Of a stretch of DNA of 64,000 nucleotides, positions 39,664-50,284 are shown in pieces. The position numbers and the translations under genes were made by a program. Location of the stretch: contig CAJUJG010000012.1 of NCBI GenBank assembly GCA_910586715.1, forward strand, positions 3,482-67,481. The letters run 5' to 3'. The stretch is from an uncultured Lachnospiraceae bacterium. Its GTDB lineage: Bacteria; Bacillota; Clostridia; Lachnospirales; Lachnospiraceae. How positions within the stretch are numbered: the stretch's first letter is position 1; every line of letters starts with the position of its first letter. The notes beneath the pieces are model-generated. The model made no database searches, was not told the DNA's origin, and saw only the letters and a program-made list of their open reading frames with translations.

Positions 39664-41955
39664 TTATCCAACCCTGTTATAATTAATCAGGCACCCTTTC
39701 AAAATAATCTGCCGCTCCTCGTCCGTCAGCTCGCCTAATGTCATCTCAAACTCTGTCTTTTTATCCTTCCCGACAACATACGCCTTAATCACATCCGCCT
39801 TCTCTTCAACAGCCTTGCGGATACCGGGAATATAAATATAATCAAGATTTTGAAACGGCAGCTCGCCCTCTTTAATCAAAAACGGCAGCATACCCCAGTT
39901 AATCAGATTCGAACGGTATCTCTTCGTCGCATACTCGTTTGCAATATTTGCCCAGCCGCCAAGCACCTTCTGACAGCTTGCCGCCTGCTCTCTCGCCGAA
40001 CCGTCGCCCGGCTTGACCGCAAAAATCGTGCTGCCGATACCCGTATTGTAACGGTCCGCATCCGGCGTAATCGTCTTCATCACAGCCCAAGCCTCTTCCA
40101 GATCCGGAAGGGTCTGTACCGGACAGGACTGCTCTTCTCTTGCCTTCTCCGCCGCCTGAATTTCTTTCGCACGTCCCACATAAGCAGGGTCCTTTCTTGA
40201 AAGCGTAAACTCCGCAAGCCCCAACGGATTCGAACGGTAGGAAGAAGTCTCACCCGACGGAATTAACTCATCTGTAGTTGTGACCGGATCATGAATTTCC
40301 GAAACGACCTTTAACATCAGATTGTCCGTAAGCGCAACCATTGCAGGCCAGTCCTTAATGTTTGGTCCGAACTTAATCTCAACCGCTTCATCCGCCACGC
40401 CCTTTGAATCAAACACGCGGTTTTCGTAAATCTTCTTGTCAAAGAAATATTTATACTTTGTGAAATCTCCGTCAAACTCCGTAGCAGGCGTAAGATACCC
40501 TTTATTTGCCGCAGTCGCCGCAATCGAGCGCGCATCCATCAGCGCAACCGACGCAATCTGCCCGCTCTGTAACTTAGAACCCTCGCGGTTCGGGAAGTTC
40601 CTCGTTGAATGACGAATTGAAAATGCGTTGTTTGCAGGCGTATCGCCCGCACCAAAGCACGGACCGCAGAATGCCGTCTTTAACACTGCACCCGTCTGCA
40701 TTAACTTCGCCGCACAGCCGTTTTTCACCAGTTCCATGTAAACAGGCATTGACGCCGGATAAACGCTTAATGTGAACTCATCGGGACCAATGCTTGCATT
40801 GTCCAAAATGTCCGCCGCCGCGCAGATATTTTCAAATCCGCCGCCCGCACAGCCTGCAATAATTCCCTGCTCAACATAGAGCTTTCCGTTTCTGACCTTA
40901 TCCTTGAGCTTAAAATCAACCGCCCCGTCAAGGCTGACAAGCGCCTTCTTCTCACACTCGTCAAGAATATCCATAAGATTGGCGTTCAGCTCCTCAATCG
41001 TGTATGTATTGCTCGGGTGGAACGGCATTGCAATCATCGGCTTTACTTTACTCAAATCAACCTTAATCACACCGTCATAGTAAGCTGTTTCTCCCGGATT
41101 AAGCTCGGCAAAATCTTCCGTTCTACCATGAATATCATAAAATTCCTTAATCTCGTCGTCCGTTCTCCAAATCGAAGAAAGACAAGTCGTTTCCGTTGTC
41201 ATCACGTCAACGCCGATACGGAAATCCGCCGACAAAGACGAAACGCCGGGACCGACAAACTCCATTACCTTATTTTTCACATAACCATTCTTGAACACCG
41301 CGCCGATAATCGCAAGCGCCACGTCCTGCGGACCGACGCCCTTTGCAGGCGCGCCTTCCATATAAACGGCAACCACGCCGGGCATATTAATGTCATACGT
41401 TTGATTCAAAAGCTGTTTTACAAGCTCCGGGCCGCCCTCGCCCATCGCCATTGTTCCAAGCGCACCGTAACGCGTGTGGGAGTCGGAGCCAAGTATCATT
41501 CTGCCGCCGCCTGCAAGCATTTCTCGTGCATACTGGTGAATGACTGCCTGATGAGGAGGAACATAAACACCGCCGTATTTCTTGGCGCATGTCAATCCAA
41601 ACATGTGGTCGTCTTCGTTGATTGTACCGCCCACTGCACAGAGCGAGTTGTGGCAGTTTGTGAGCACGTACGGAACGGGGAATTTGGTCAGACCTGACGC
41701 ACGCGCCGTCTGAATAATTCCTACGAACGTAATATCATGTGACGTCAGTTTGTCAAACTTGATTTTCAGCTTGTCCATATTATCTGACGTATTATGCTTT
41801 TCGAGAATACCGTAAGCAATCGTATTTTTCTTTGCCGCTGCCTTATCTACGTCTTTTCCGGTTTTTGCCTTCACTGCTGCCGCCGCGTCCGCGTTGTCGG
41901 CAATCAGCTCCGTTCCGTTTACGAGATAAGCGCCTGTTTCAAATAATTGTATCAT
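39664..41955 (-). CDS. Aconitase-family hydratase (YbhJ-like)
   Basis: SHDIT, GSDSHTR, Fe-S cysteines in AGCAGG and [16 protein letters not shown] and GSAREQAA motifs. Confidence 0.9.
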   Translation of the reverse strand: MIQLFETGAYLVNGTELIADNADAAAAVKAKTGKDVDKAAAKKNTIAYGILEKHNTSDNMDKLKIKFDKLTSHDITFVGIIQTARASGLTKFPVPYVLTNCHNSLCAVGGTINEDDHMFGLTCAKKYGGVYVPPHQAVIHQYAREMLAGGGRMILGSDSHTRYGALGTMAMGEGGPELVKQLLNQTYDINMPGVVAVYMEGAPAKGVGPQDVALAIIGAVFKNGYVKNKVMEFVGPGVSSLSADFRIGVDVMTTETTCLSSIWRTDDEIKEFYDIHGRTEDFAELNPGETAYYDGVIKVDLSKVKPMIAMPFHPSNTYTIEELNANLMDILDECEKKALVSLDGAVDFKLKDKVRNGKLYVEQGIIAGCAGGGFENICAAADILDNASIGPDEFTLSVYPASMPVYMELVKNGCAAKLMQTGAVLKTAFCGPCFGAGDTPANNAFSIRHSTRNFPNREGSKLQSGQIASVALMDARSIAATAANKGYLTPATEFDGDFTKYKYFFDKKIYENRVFDSKGVADEAVEIKFGPNIKDWPAMVALTDNLMLKVVSEIHDPVTTTDELIPSGETSSYRSNPLGLAEFTLSRKDPAYVGRAKEIQAAEKAREEQSCPVQTLPDLEEAWAVMKTITPDADRYNTGIGSTIFAVKPGDGSAREQAASCQKVLGGWANIANEYATKRYRSNLINWGMLPFLIKEGELPFQNLDYIYIPGIRKAVEEKADVIKAYVVGKDKKTEFEMTLGELTDEERQIILKGCLINYNRVG

Positions 41956-42179
41956 TTATTGTTACACCTGACCTTTCTATAATTTTTAAATTTTGCCGGA
42001 TTTGCTCTGCAAAGCAGTAAATTTTCTTGCAAGCCCGTACGCATTTTCAGAAAAAGGCGCAAGCCTTTTGTAGCGTGCGCCCTTGTACTATACTTATGTT
42101 AATTCTTTATTGGGAATCTGTCAATGATTTTTTGCGCTATGACTGATCTCTATAATCTTTAGCGATAAAAAACTGCCTC

Positions 42180-43586
42180 TCATTCATCAGATACATCTTC
42201 CAACTCAATCAACAGCGGTGCACCTGCTTCTGTCAACTCCTCTACGCCACGCAGAGTGCGGTTAATTGCCTTTGTACGTCTGCCGACAATTTCGGTAAGT
42301 GTTTTATCCGCAGTCTGAAGCTGTTTTTGGGCTTTTTCAAGCATGTCCCCAAACTTAACAAACTCCGATTTCACGGCTCGAAGAGTATCCCATACCTCCT
42401 GTGACCGCTGCTCAATTGCAAGTGTCTTAAAGCCCATTTGCAAAGATGCAAGAAACGCTGAAAGCGTAGTCGCACCAACTGCAGTAATTTTATACTTATC
42501 ACGGAGTTCTTCGAACAACGCCACATTTTGAACCACTTCTGCATACAGCCCTTCCGTTGGGAGAAACATCAGCGCAAAGTCTGTTGTCTTAGGCGGAACT
42601 ATATATTTGTCGTGAATATCTTTTGCAAAGGCTCGGACTTTAGTTGTAAGCGAGCGCCTCGCATCTTCAATGGATTGTTTATCCTCAGCGTCAAGCAGCC
42701 TGTTGTAATCTTCAATGGGAAACTTACTGTCAATTGGTAAAAGCAGTGGTGCATCACTGTTTCCAGGGAGCTTTATGGCAAACTCCACCCGTTTACCGTT
42801 TGCAATTTCCACGTTCATTTCATATTGACTCGGGGCAAGAATATCAGAAAGCAGCTTTTCAAGGCGAACCTCACCATATGTCCCCCGCTCTTTTACATTT
42901 GTAAGCGCATTTTTGAGCGATTTTGCATCAGCAGCAAGCGCTTTCATCTCGCCCAGTCCCTGACCTACGCTTTCAAGCTGTTTACTGACCAATTCAAAGG
43001 ACTGCGAGAGACGCGTTTCGAGCGTTTTCTGCAGCTTCTCATCTACAACGCCCTGCATTTGCTCAAGACGCTTTTCATTACTTTCCTGTAATTCTTTCAT
43101 TTTGTTTTCAAGCGTAGAATTAATTTTTTCGATATTCTCGGTATTGGCACGTTGAACGGAAGAGAGGCGGCCGTCGACCTGCTCACCGAATGTGTGAAGC
43201 TGATTGTTCTGCTCTTGGCGGCTCTTTTGCAGAGCAGTCGTTACGGTTCTTCCAATCTGCTCATTGCTTTCAACGCCTGCTTTTTGAATATCTGTCAATC
43301 TTGTTTCCATCTGTCGCTGAAATTCACCAAGCTGTCGATTGACCTCATCACGGTTCGTTGACAATGTGTCCTGAATACTTTTCTGAATAACACCGAAACG
43401 CTCAAACTGCTCTGTTGCACCATTTGCAATTTGCTTTTGTACACCATCTTGCTGTTCCTCAGCGGTGCGTTTCAGTAAAGATATTACTTCGCCAATATCA
43501 GACTTCTTGTGTCCTATAATCTGCAATATAATAACCACCAAAAGCAGAACAACCGTTATAACACTTAAAATCTCTGATAATTCCAT
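42180..43586 (-). CDS. rmuC: DNA recombination protein RmuC
   Basis: N-terminal TM plus coiled coil; RGTYGE..L, PIDSKFP, KYI.PP.TTDFALMFLPTEGLY motifs. Confidence 0.9.
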   Translation of the reverse strand: MELSEILSVITVVLLLVVIILQIIGHKKSDIGEVISLLKRTAEEQQDGVQKQIANGATEQFERFGVIQKSIQDTLSTNRDEVNRQLGEFQRQMETRLTDIQKAGVESNEQIGRTVTTALQKSRQEQNNQLHTFGEQVDGRLSSVQRANTENIEKINSTLENKMKELQESNEKRLEQMQGVVDEKLQKTLETRLSQSFELVSKQLESVGQGLGEMKALAADAKSLKNALTNVKERGTYGEVRLEKLLSDILAPSQYEMNVEIANGKRVEFAIKLPGNSDAPLLLPIDSKFPIEDYNRLLDAEDKQSIEDARRSLTTKVRAFAKDIHDKYIVPPKTTDFALMFLPTEGLYAEVVQNVALFEELRDKYKITAVGATTLSAFLASLQMGFKTLAIEQRSQEVWDTLRAVKSEFVKFGDMLEKAQKQLQTADKTLTEIVGRRTKAINRTLRGVEELTEAGAPLLIELEDVSDE

Positions 43587-43669
43587 TTATCATTTCTCCT
43601 TATTCTATATTTTTCTATAATATGCTGCAATTTTCTGACAACCTCAACAGCGGTAAATCCATCGCAGTT

Positions 43670-43905
43670 TTACCTCTACACGTCACGGTTCCCCACAGTA
43701 AAAATTGTCCGCCGCAAGGTCGCAATTGTCCCCGATATAAAGCCTGTCTGAAAGCTTACGGGCAAAGCGGCTGTGCCGTCGCATATTCCAGCAAATTCCC
43801 CGATAAATCCATGCGAGACGGCAGGAAAAAGCTCACATCTCCGCACACATCAATCGGCGGAAATTCCACAATACCCGTGTCAATAACAGCCCTTTTCACA
43901 TCGGA
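43670..43905 (-). pseudogene. Degraded fragment resembling a GH35 beta-galactosidase C-terminal region
   Basis: LLEYATAQPLC, then a frameshift to RLYIGD..LAADNFYCGEP-stop (TGA where TGG is expected). Family assignment is from motif recall only. Confidence 0.45.
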
Positions 43906-43912
43906 AAGCCGC

Positions 43913-46900
43913 TTAATGCAAATACTTATGCAGCACACTCATCAGCAGCGATATATCTAGCGGTTTTGCAATATGCGCATTCATGCCGCTCTTGAGCGCC
44001 GCCTCCTTATCATCCTCCATCGCATTTGCCGTCATCGCAATAATTGGCAACCTTTTTACATCATTGCGGTGCATCGCCCGGATTGCCTTTGTCGCCTCAT
44101 ATCCGTTCATAATAGGCATCTGTACGTCCATCAGCACGGCACTATAGTAGCCCTTTTCGGAGCGTTCCATCATCGAAACCGCATCGGTCCCATCGGGTGC
44201 AGTTTCAATAACAAAACCTGCCTCCTCCAAAATAACCTGCGCGATTTCGCGGTTCAACTCGTTATCCTCTACCAAAAGAAGCCTCTTTCCGCCGTAATCC
44301 TCCTGCGTCCAAACAGCGCCCGCTTCCGCCAAATGATGATTGCCGATATTGTTCGCCTTCAGCAGCGCTGCTCTCAAATCCGACATAAACAGCGGTTTCG
44401 CGCAGAACGCGGTAACGCCCGCCTCCTTTGCCTCATCTTCAATATCCGTCCAGTCATACGCCGTAAGAATAATAATCGGCGCATCGTCTTTCGCCGTACT
44501 GCGGATTTTACGCGCAGTTTCAATTCCGCTCATTTCCGGCATCTGCCAGTCAATAATATATGTATGGTACGGATCGCCCTCCTCATACGCGGATTTCGCC
44601 CGATATGCCGCCTCTTTCCCCGACGTCGTCCACTCCGAGCGCATTCCGATGCTCTTTAACATCCTGCTCACGCTGTCGCAGACATTTAAGTCATCATCCA
44701 CCACCAAGGAACGCAGCCCCTTAAGTTCTTTAAGATTTTCCGCAGTTTTTTCGATATTCTGAAGTTGGAGCGAAAGTTTTACCGTGAACGTACTCCCGTT
44801 TCCGGGCTGGCTTTCGACAGTGATTTCTCCTCCCATCAAATCAATAATGCTCTTCGTAATCGCCATGCCAAGTCCCGCGCCCTGTATGCCGCTTCTTGTC
44901 GCAGTTGTTTCCCGTTCAAACGGTTCGAATATATGTTCAACAAACTCATGCGACATGCCAATCCCATTGTCCTTGACCGTAAAAACGTAGTCGCCCCACC
45001 CTTGCTTATGCGTTGTGTGCTGCGCAATCCGGAAACTTATCGTCCCGCCTGCCGGTGTATATTTGACGGCATTGCCCATCAAGTTGATAAAAATCTGATT
45101 TAATTTCAACGGGTCCGCAATCACATCCTCATTTTCAACATCAAACGTGTCAATAAACATCTCCAACTGCTTAGACTTTACCTGCGGCTGAATGATGTTT
45201 ACCAGGTTGTGTATCAACTCGGAAATATTGCACTCCTGATTATGAATCTGCAGCTTTCCGCTCTCAATGCGGCTCATATCCAAAATATCATTAATCAGTC
45301 CCAGCAAATGATTGCTTGAGGAAAGAATTTTCTGCAAACATTCCCGCACCTGATCCGTCCGTTCCATATGGCTTGCCGCAATCGTGGCAAAACCGATAAT
45401 CGCATTCATGGGCGTTCGAATATCGTGACTCATATTGGATAAAAACGTTGTCTTCGCCTGATTGGCATGCTGTGCCTGCATTAAAGCATCCTGCAGCGCC
45501 TGTGTCTGCTCCCGCTGTTTTCTGACCTGGTCCGTGACGTCACGCGATACCACCATCGCAATCAGGTCTCCGGTCTCATCATCGCGCGTCATCACAAAGG
45601 ACTGACGCACACACATTGCTGACCCGTTATTGGCGCCTGCCCAATAATCCACATCGACTTCCATATTCCCTTGTTCATACTGGGCTTTTAATATCTCCAC
45701 ATCAACGGTTGCGTCGTAATCGTCCCATGATTCCGGCAAGACAAACTGCGCCCACCGTTCAAAACATTCGGAAACCTTACACGGTGCAGACAGTCCTGCA
45801 TGTTCCAGCATAGAAACTTCTTTGCCGTTATAAACGCGGATAACGTCCTGCTCAATCAGGTCTTTTGTCAGATTACACTCAAACGCACTGAACGAATTGG
45901 ACATAATGGCAATTTTATACTGGCGTTCCTTGCGGTTTAATACAGCGCGCTCGCGCTGCTCCCGCTGTTCTTTCTGTTTTAACTCCGTTACATTCTGACG
46001 GACATATAAAACCCTGACAGGCTCCCCGTCCCTCCGGTCAAGACAGATTGCAACCAAATGTTCCCACTCTTCTTTTCCCTGACGGGATACATGGCATTCA
46101 TGAACGATGGAATCCTTCGTGCCAAGCTCTTTCTTTATTATATCAATTTGCCCGAAATGGAGAAATGCCTCTCTTTCCTCGTCTCCAATAATATCTTCGG
46201 CATGATATGCAATCGCTTCGCTGTATATTCCCTCCATCGGGATACTGATGTTCAAGGGTCCGATTCCCGCTAAATAAGCATATCGGTCTTTATCCAAATC
46301 CGCTATAAAATAACGCGACGCAAAAAGGATATTCATACCGCGCAGCACATCATTTATCGTTTTATTCTCCGTTTCCAATTCCACGCGTCGTTTCCTTGCA
46401 TGAATAACCAAAGCGGCAACATAAAACAAAAACAGGATAAGCAGGCAGATTTCCAGTCCAACACCCGCAATATTCGCCCTGTCTACCATTGACTGTGTGA
46501 CATTTTTAGGGAATGCCTGCACGAGAACATAATCATATCCAGGCAGATGCATCACACAGAGATTATCTGTTTTACAGCCCTTACTGCACAAAAGCGCTGC
46601 ATTACTGCCATCCGTAAACGCTGTTTGCGCCTTTTGCGCAGTTTTGCCGTCTATGACACCTGCCTGCATCAAAGAGTCAAACAAATTATCCCCGTATGCT
46701 CCGTTTCCAGAATTTGCGATTATCATTCCCTCACGCGTGCAGAGGAACACATCGGCAGGCACGCCGAAATAACTGGCGGAAATCATATCCTGCAGATAAT
46801 TTTCAGCAAAATACAACCCCAAAAACATTCCGGCAATTTCCTCGCCCTCGTATACAGGCGCATAAAAGACCATCATCGGTTTCCCTGTATGCCTGGATTC

Positions 46901-47347
46901 TTCCACAACCTCCAAACCGCTCTCGCCCCGCATTCCACGTATAAAATAATCCCGGTCCGAGCTGTCGTTCGTCTCCCCGTCAGAGGCAAGATTGACACCG
47001 TTTTTATCCGTAAAACGAAACGCATCAAAGGTCGTATTGTCCTCAAGCTGCTTTAATACCTGCGAATTGATTTTCGAACCGTTTCCGCCTGTACTCACCA
47101 AAAAAGCATTATTCTGAATGCGCTGAAGCGCGTTGTCAAATTCACTCTCAATACGCCCGACGGTCTGCCTTGCGGAATCCTCCGCATAAACTCTGTTCTG
47201 TTCCTGAATTCGCACTCTATTTATCATAGTATAGATGTGGAATAAAACAAGTACAACAATCAGGAAAAAAGTTGCATAAACAATCGGCTGCCATGTTTTC
47301 TTATGCTGTTTCATCAAATTCGGCGCAATTGGCTTAGAACGCGCCAT
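43913..47347 (-). CDS. Hybrid sensor histidine kinase with two receiver domains
   Basis: TM-Cache-like-TM region; FLSNMSHDIRTP H-box; NAVKY and G.GLG motifs; two REC domains. Confidence 0.9.
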   Translation of the reverse strand: MARSKPIAPNLMKQHKKTWQPIVYATFFLIVVLVLFHIYTMINRVRIQEQNRVYAEDSARQTVGRIESEFDNALQRIQNNAFLVSTGGNGSKINSQVLKQLEDNTTFDAFRFTDKNGVNLASDGETNDSSDRDYFIRGMRGESGLEVVEESRHTGKPMMVFYAPVYEGEEIAGMFLGLYFAENYLQDMISASYFGVPADVFLCTREGMIIANSGNGAYGDNLFDSLMQAGVIDGKTAQKAQTAFTDGSNAALLCSKGCKTDNLCVMHLPGYDYVLVQAFPKNVTQSMVDRANIAGVGLEICLLILFLFYVAALVIHARKRRVELETENKTINDVLRGMNILFASRYFIADLDKDRYAYLAGIGPLNISIPMEGIYSEAIAYHAEDIIGDEEREAFLHFGQIDIIKKELGTKDSIVHECHVSRQGKEEWEHLVAICLDRRDGEPVRVLYVRQNVTELKQKEQREQRERAVLNRKERQYKIAIMSNSFSAFECNLTKDLIEQDVIRVYNGKEVSMLEHAGLSAPCKVSECFERWAQFVLPESWDDYDATVDVEILKAQYEQGNMEVDVDYWAGANNGSAMCVRQSFVMTRDDETGDLIAMVVSRDVTDQVRKQREQTQALQDALMQAQHANQAKTTFLSNMSHDIRTPMNAIIGFATIAASHMERTDQVRECLQKILSSSNHLLGLINDILDMSRIESGKLQIHNQECNISELIHNLVNIIQPQVKSKQLEMFIDTFDVENEDVIADPLKLNQIFINLMGNAVKYTPAGGTISFRIAQHTTHKQGWGDYVFTVKDNGIGMSHEFVEHIFEPFERETTATRSGIQGAGLGMAITKSIIDLMGGEITVESQPGNGSTFTVKLSLQLQNIEKTAENLKELKGLRSLVVDDDLNVCDSVSRMLKSIGMRSEWTTSGKEAAYRAKSAYEEGDPYHTYIIDWQMPEMSGIETARKIRSTAKDDAPIIILTAYDWTDIEDEAKEAGVTAFCAKPLFMSDLRAALLKANNIGNHHLAEAGAVWTQEDYGGKRLLLVEDNELNREIAQVILEEAGFVIETAPDGTDAVSMMERSEKGYYSAVLMDVQMPIMNGYEATKAIRAMHRNDVKRLPIIAMTANAMEDDKEAALKSGMNAHIAKPLDISLLMSVLHKYLH

Positions 47348-47645
47348 GCCCCCTCTCTTTTCGAAAATAAGTACCTTACTATTATATTCATCGTCATCCC
47401 GTTACGGATTTGAATCACACACAATTTCAGGGAAATTATAGCATAAAATACATGTGGTTATCAAGAGTTACTCATTCTTCTCTGGAACATGGCATGGTAT
47501 CGCAGTGACGGAAAAACGCAGCAATATATGACGCAGGCTTTTTAGCGCATGTACAAACCAAAAGTCTCCTCTATTCGAAACACCTATGAAAAAGAAATGG
47601 ACCGATTAACAGAATTGGTAGTGGAATGGGTGATATTTGCTGAAC

Positions 47646-47969
47646 TTATATCACATCGCACATTTCATATAATATTTTTAATATGTCCTGTATCCTGCTG
47701 GTCTGCTTAGGTTCCAATTTCTCCAGCATACAAATAATTTTTTCGTTACCGCGGCTGTCTATATCCTCCCCAAGCATAATGTAATCACTGCTTACAGACA
47801 GCGCATTGGATATTTTATACAAGGTTTTTGCCGAAAAACCTTTTTTGCCTTTTTCTATTTCATATAAAAATTTTGCCGAAATATTTATTTTTTCCGCCAA
47901 ATTTTCTCTAGTGTACTTATGAATTTCCCTCAGTTCTCTGATTCTTTCTCCTATTTCTTTATTCAACAT
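47646..47969 (-). CDS. XRE-family HTH regulator
   Basis: IGERIRELR...TRENLAEKINIS...IEKG...SSDYIMLG; GGAGG RBS. Confidence 0.85.
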   Translation of the reverse strand: MLNKEIGERIRELREIHKYTRENLAEKINISAKFLYEIEKGKKGFSAKTLYKISNALSVSSDYIMLGEDIDSRGNEKIICMLEKLEPKQTSRIQDILKILYEMCDVI

Positions 47970-48261
47970 TTTATCCCTCCAAGCATATAAATTCTGCATC
48001 TTATCAGCATAAGCAAGAATTTATTATTTAATCTTGTAAAATAATTATAATTCGAAATTTGTCATATTTTTTATATTTTGCCAAATACTCAAATTTATTA
48101 AATGAATTTAAAATAACGAACCAAATATCAAAAATCAATCCAAAATATAAACTCACTATTTTACTATTCAGCCTTAAAATAACTGCATTTGGTCAAAAAC
48201 CGACTAATTACTGTCATATCAAGTATCATATTATGCAGAATAAGATTGGAGGAATCACTTA

Positions 48262-48816
48262 ATGAACATCAAACAGCATCTTAAAGAAAAATATCAATTG
48301 AGTAATTATCAGCTCGCTCAAATAGAATTTTTCTTCAAGAATCTTTTATCTGAATTGAGCAAAATGCTCATTATGGGGATATTGTTCCATAGACATTTAA
48401 AAATATACTTTTTTTTATTATTTATGATGTGCTTACTGAGAAGTGTTTCTGGCGGAATCCATTTTTATACTTACAAAAGCTGTTTAATTGCATCCACAGT
48501 ATATATGGGAACCGTAATTACAGTACTTCCCCACATAACGATTCCCCGGTTTGTACAGTTATTTTTACTTCTTGCATGTATTTTTATATGTTATTCAACT
48601 GCTCCCGTATTATCCAAATACCGAACGCAGTTTTCTGAGAAAAGCCTGTATTATTGCCGTAATATTACCTGCCTCATAATATTTATATATACTTTATTGA
48701 TGTATATAATCCCTGAGAATCCTTATACCATAGCAGGATTTTGGATGATTATATTACATTCGCTTCAATTGATTGTTGCGAAAATACAAAAGAAAGGAGA
48801 ATATGCAGAATGTTAG
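48262..48816 (+). CDS. agrB: AgrB-like peptide-processing membrane protein
   Basis: LRSVSGGIH-x6-C retains the catalytic His and Cys; APV motif; hydrophobic throughout. Confidence 0.85.
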   Translation: MNIKQHLKEKYQLSNYQLAQIEFFFKNLLSELSKMLIMGILFHRHLKIYFFLLFMMCLLRSVSGGIHFYTYKSCLIASTVYMGTVITVLPHITIPRFVQLFLLLACIFICYSTAPVLSKYRTQFSEKSLYYCRNITCLIIFIYTLLMYIIPENPYTIAGFWMIILHSLQLIVAKIQKKGEYAEC

Positions 48817-48926
48817 CACGGTTATTGAGCGGAATAGCTACATATTCATGGGTTATCGAGACTTCGATTCCCAGTATCATTTTATTAGGGGAATATCCTT
48901 ATCCCTCTAAAGAAGATTACGAATAG
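48810..48926 (+). CDS. agrD: AgrD-like autoinducing peptide precursor (38 aa, no Cys)
   Basis: MLARLLSGIATYSWVIETSIPSIILLGEYPYPSKEDYE; AGGAGA RBS; overlaps the agrB stop; amphipathic leader followed by a PxP and acidic tail. Confidence 0.75.
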   Translation: MLARLLSGIATYSWVIETSIPSIILLGEYPYPSKEDYE

Positions 48927-48959
48927 CAGAAGAACGAATAAACTGAAAAAGCGGGTAAT

Positions 48960-50219
48960 TTACATCTTATCCGCTTTTTTAATTCCTATTGAAAATTCAA
49001 TCCAATTTTCTCCTTCCCATACAGCATTTCTACATGCAAGATCTACATTGCATTCCTTACACAATTTTTTAATATAATACAGCCCGAGTCCCCGTTCGTT
49101 GCCTTTCCCGCTGTTTCCAAGCAAAAACCATGATTCTATTTCCGCATAGCTTACATGCGGATAAGGATTTAAAACTTTAAACCAGTAATAATTTTCCTCC
49201 TCATGAAACAGAAACCTCATTCGTTTATTTTCCATTATGTCAGCCTGCGCTTCTGCCGCGTTATCAATTAATATGCCAAGCATTTCAATAAGATGGTAAA
49301 CCGCAATTACATCGTCTGCAAAACATCCCCGCGCCTCATATATTGTAATTACGCCGTAATTTTCTATTTCACAAAATTTACGGTATAAAAAACCTGATAC
49401 AACACGGTTGCCTAAGAATAGAAGTTTATTGTATTTATTTGCTTCACACATCGCGTTATAATAATCTTCCTGCTCTTTCTCCAACTCTTTTGGCAGTTTC
49501 ATTGACTGTAACGCTGTTATATGATTCTTAAAGCCATGCTCGCGCAGCCTTACAGCTGTCAGAAGATCATCATATTCTTCCTGCATACTTTTCGTTACAG
49601 ACAATTCATTTTTTACATGTTCTTTCTCTTCCTTTACCGCATCCCATTTATTAAGCAGCATGACCAAAGCTACAGCCATAGGCACTGCAAACACAAACGA
49701 TGTAACATTCAACTGTTTTTCAAATTTTCCCTCAATCACTATCATTAACACCATGATTATGACTATGCAGAACACCGCGTTTATAAATTTGTCCCTTTTC
49801 CTAAACATCATCCGCAGTTTATGCAGCTTAATTACAGGCAGAAGCCCTAGGACACTTACGGTCTGCAGCAGACCTGCGGTCAGCATTCTTAACTCCTGAT
49901 TTTTCGGGAAAATCAAACTGGCAAGTATAACAAATGCAAACTGCAGCATGGTCAGCACAATCAGCATTAACAAGACACTATTTATCGAGCCGACAAGCGA
50001 ATCCTGAAACTTACGAATACAGTAAACTACAATAAACACATAGATGCACATTGTAAACAGATTATTCAGTCCAAAATAAACAACCGCTTCCGTTACTCCC
50101 AAGGACAGTAAACAGAGCGCAATCGTTTCCATGTCAAGCTTTACCTTTTTATCATATATTCCGTGAATGCACAATATTATGGCAAAAACCTCCAGCAGCA
50201 ATGTCACACGACGAAGCAT
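48960..50219 (-). CDS. AgrC-like multi-TM GHKL sensor kinase
   Basis: About six TM helices; REHGFKNHI H-box; GILIDNAAEA and SGKG.ERGLGL motifs. Confidence 0.85.
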   Translation of the reverse strand: MLRRVTLLLEVFAIILCIHGIYDKKVKLDMETIALCLLSLGVTEAVVYFGLNNLFTMCIYVFIVVYCIRKFQDSLVGSINSVLLMLIVLTMLQFAFVILASLIFPKNQELRMLTAGLLQTVSVLGLLPVIKLHKLRMMFRKRDKFINAVFCIVIIMVLMIVIEGKFEKQLNVTSFVFAVPMAVALVMLLNKWDAVKEEKEHVKNELSVTKSMQEEYDDLLTAVRLREHGFKNHITALQSMKLPKELEKEQEDYYNAMCEANKYNKLLFLGNRVVSGFLYRKFCEIENYGVITIYEARGCFADDVIAVYHLIEMLGILIDNAAEAQADIMENKRMRFLFHEEENYYWFKVLNPYPHVSYAEIESWFLLGNSGKGNERGLGLYYIKKLCKECNVDLACRNAVWEGENWIEFSIGIKKADKM

Positions 50220-50284
50220 TTACGCAAAATCTCCTTATCCTATATTTGCTGCCTAACTCATCCCGGCAAATTTCTATTACCGGC

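Noticed and set aside
47470..47645. Possible coding remnant at the left edge of the islet
   Set aside because: Short interrupted frames with no motif I can recognise.
48803..48910. Alternative small ORF (MQNVSTVIERNSY…) after agrB
   Set aside because: Its ATG is only 2 nt from the RBS and it lacks AgrD-like features; the 48810 frame fits better.
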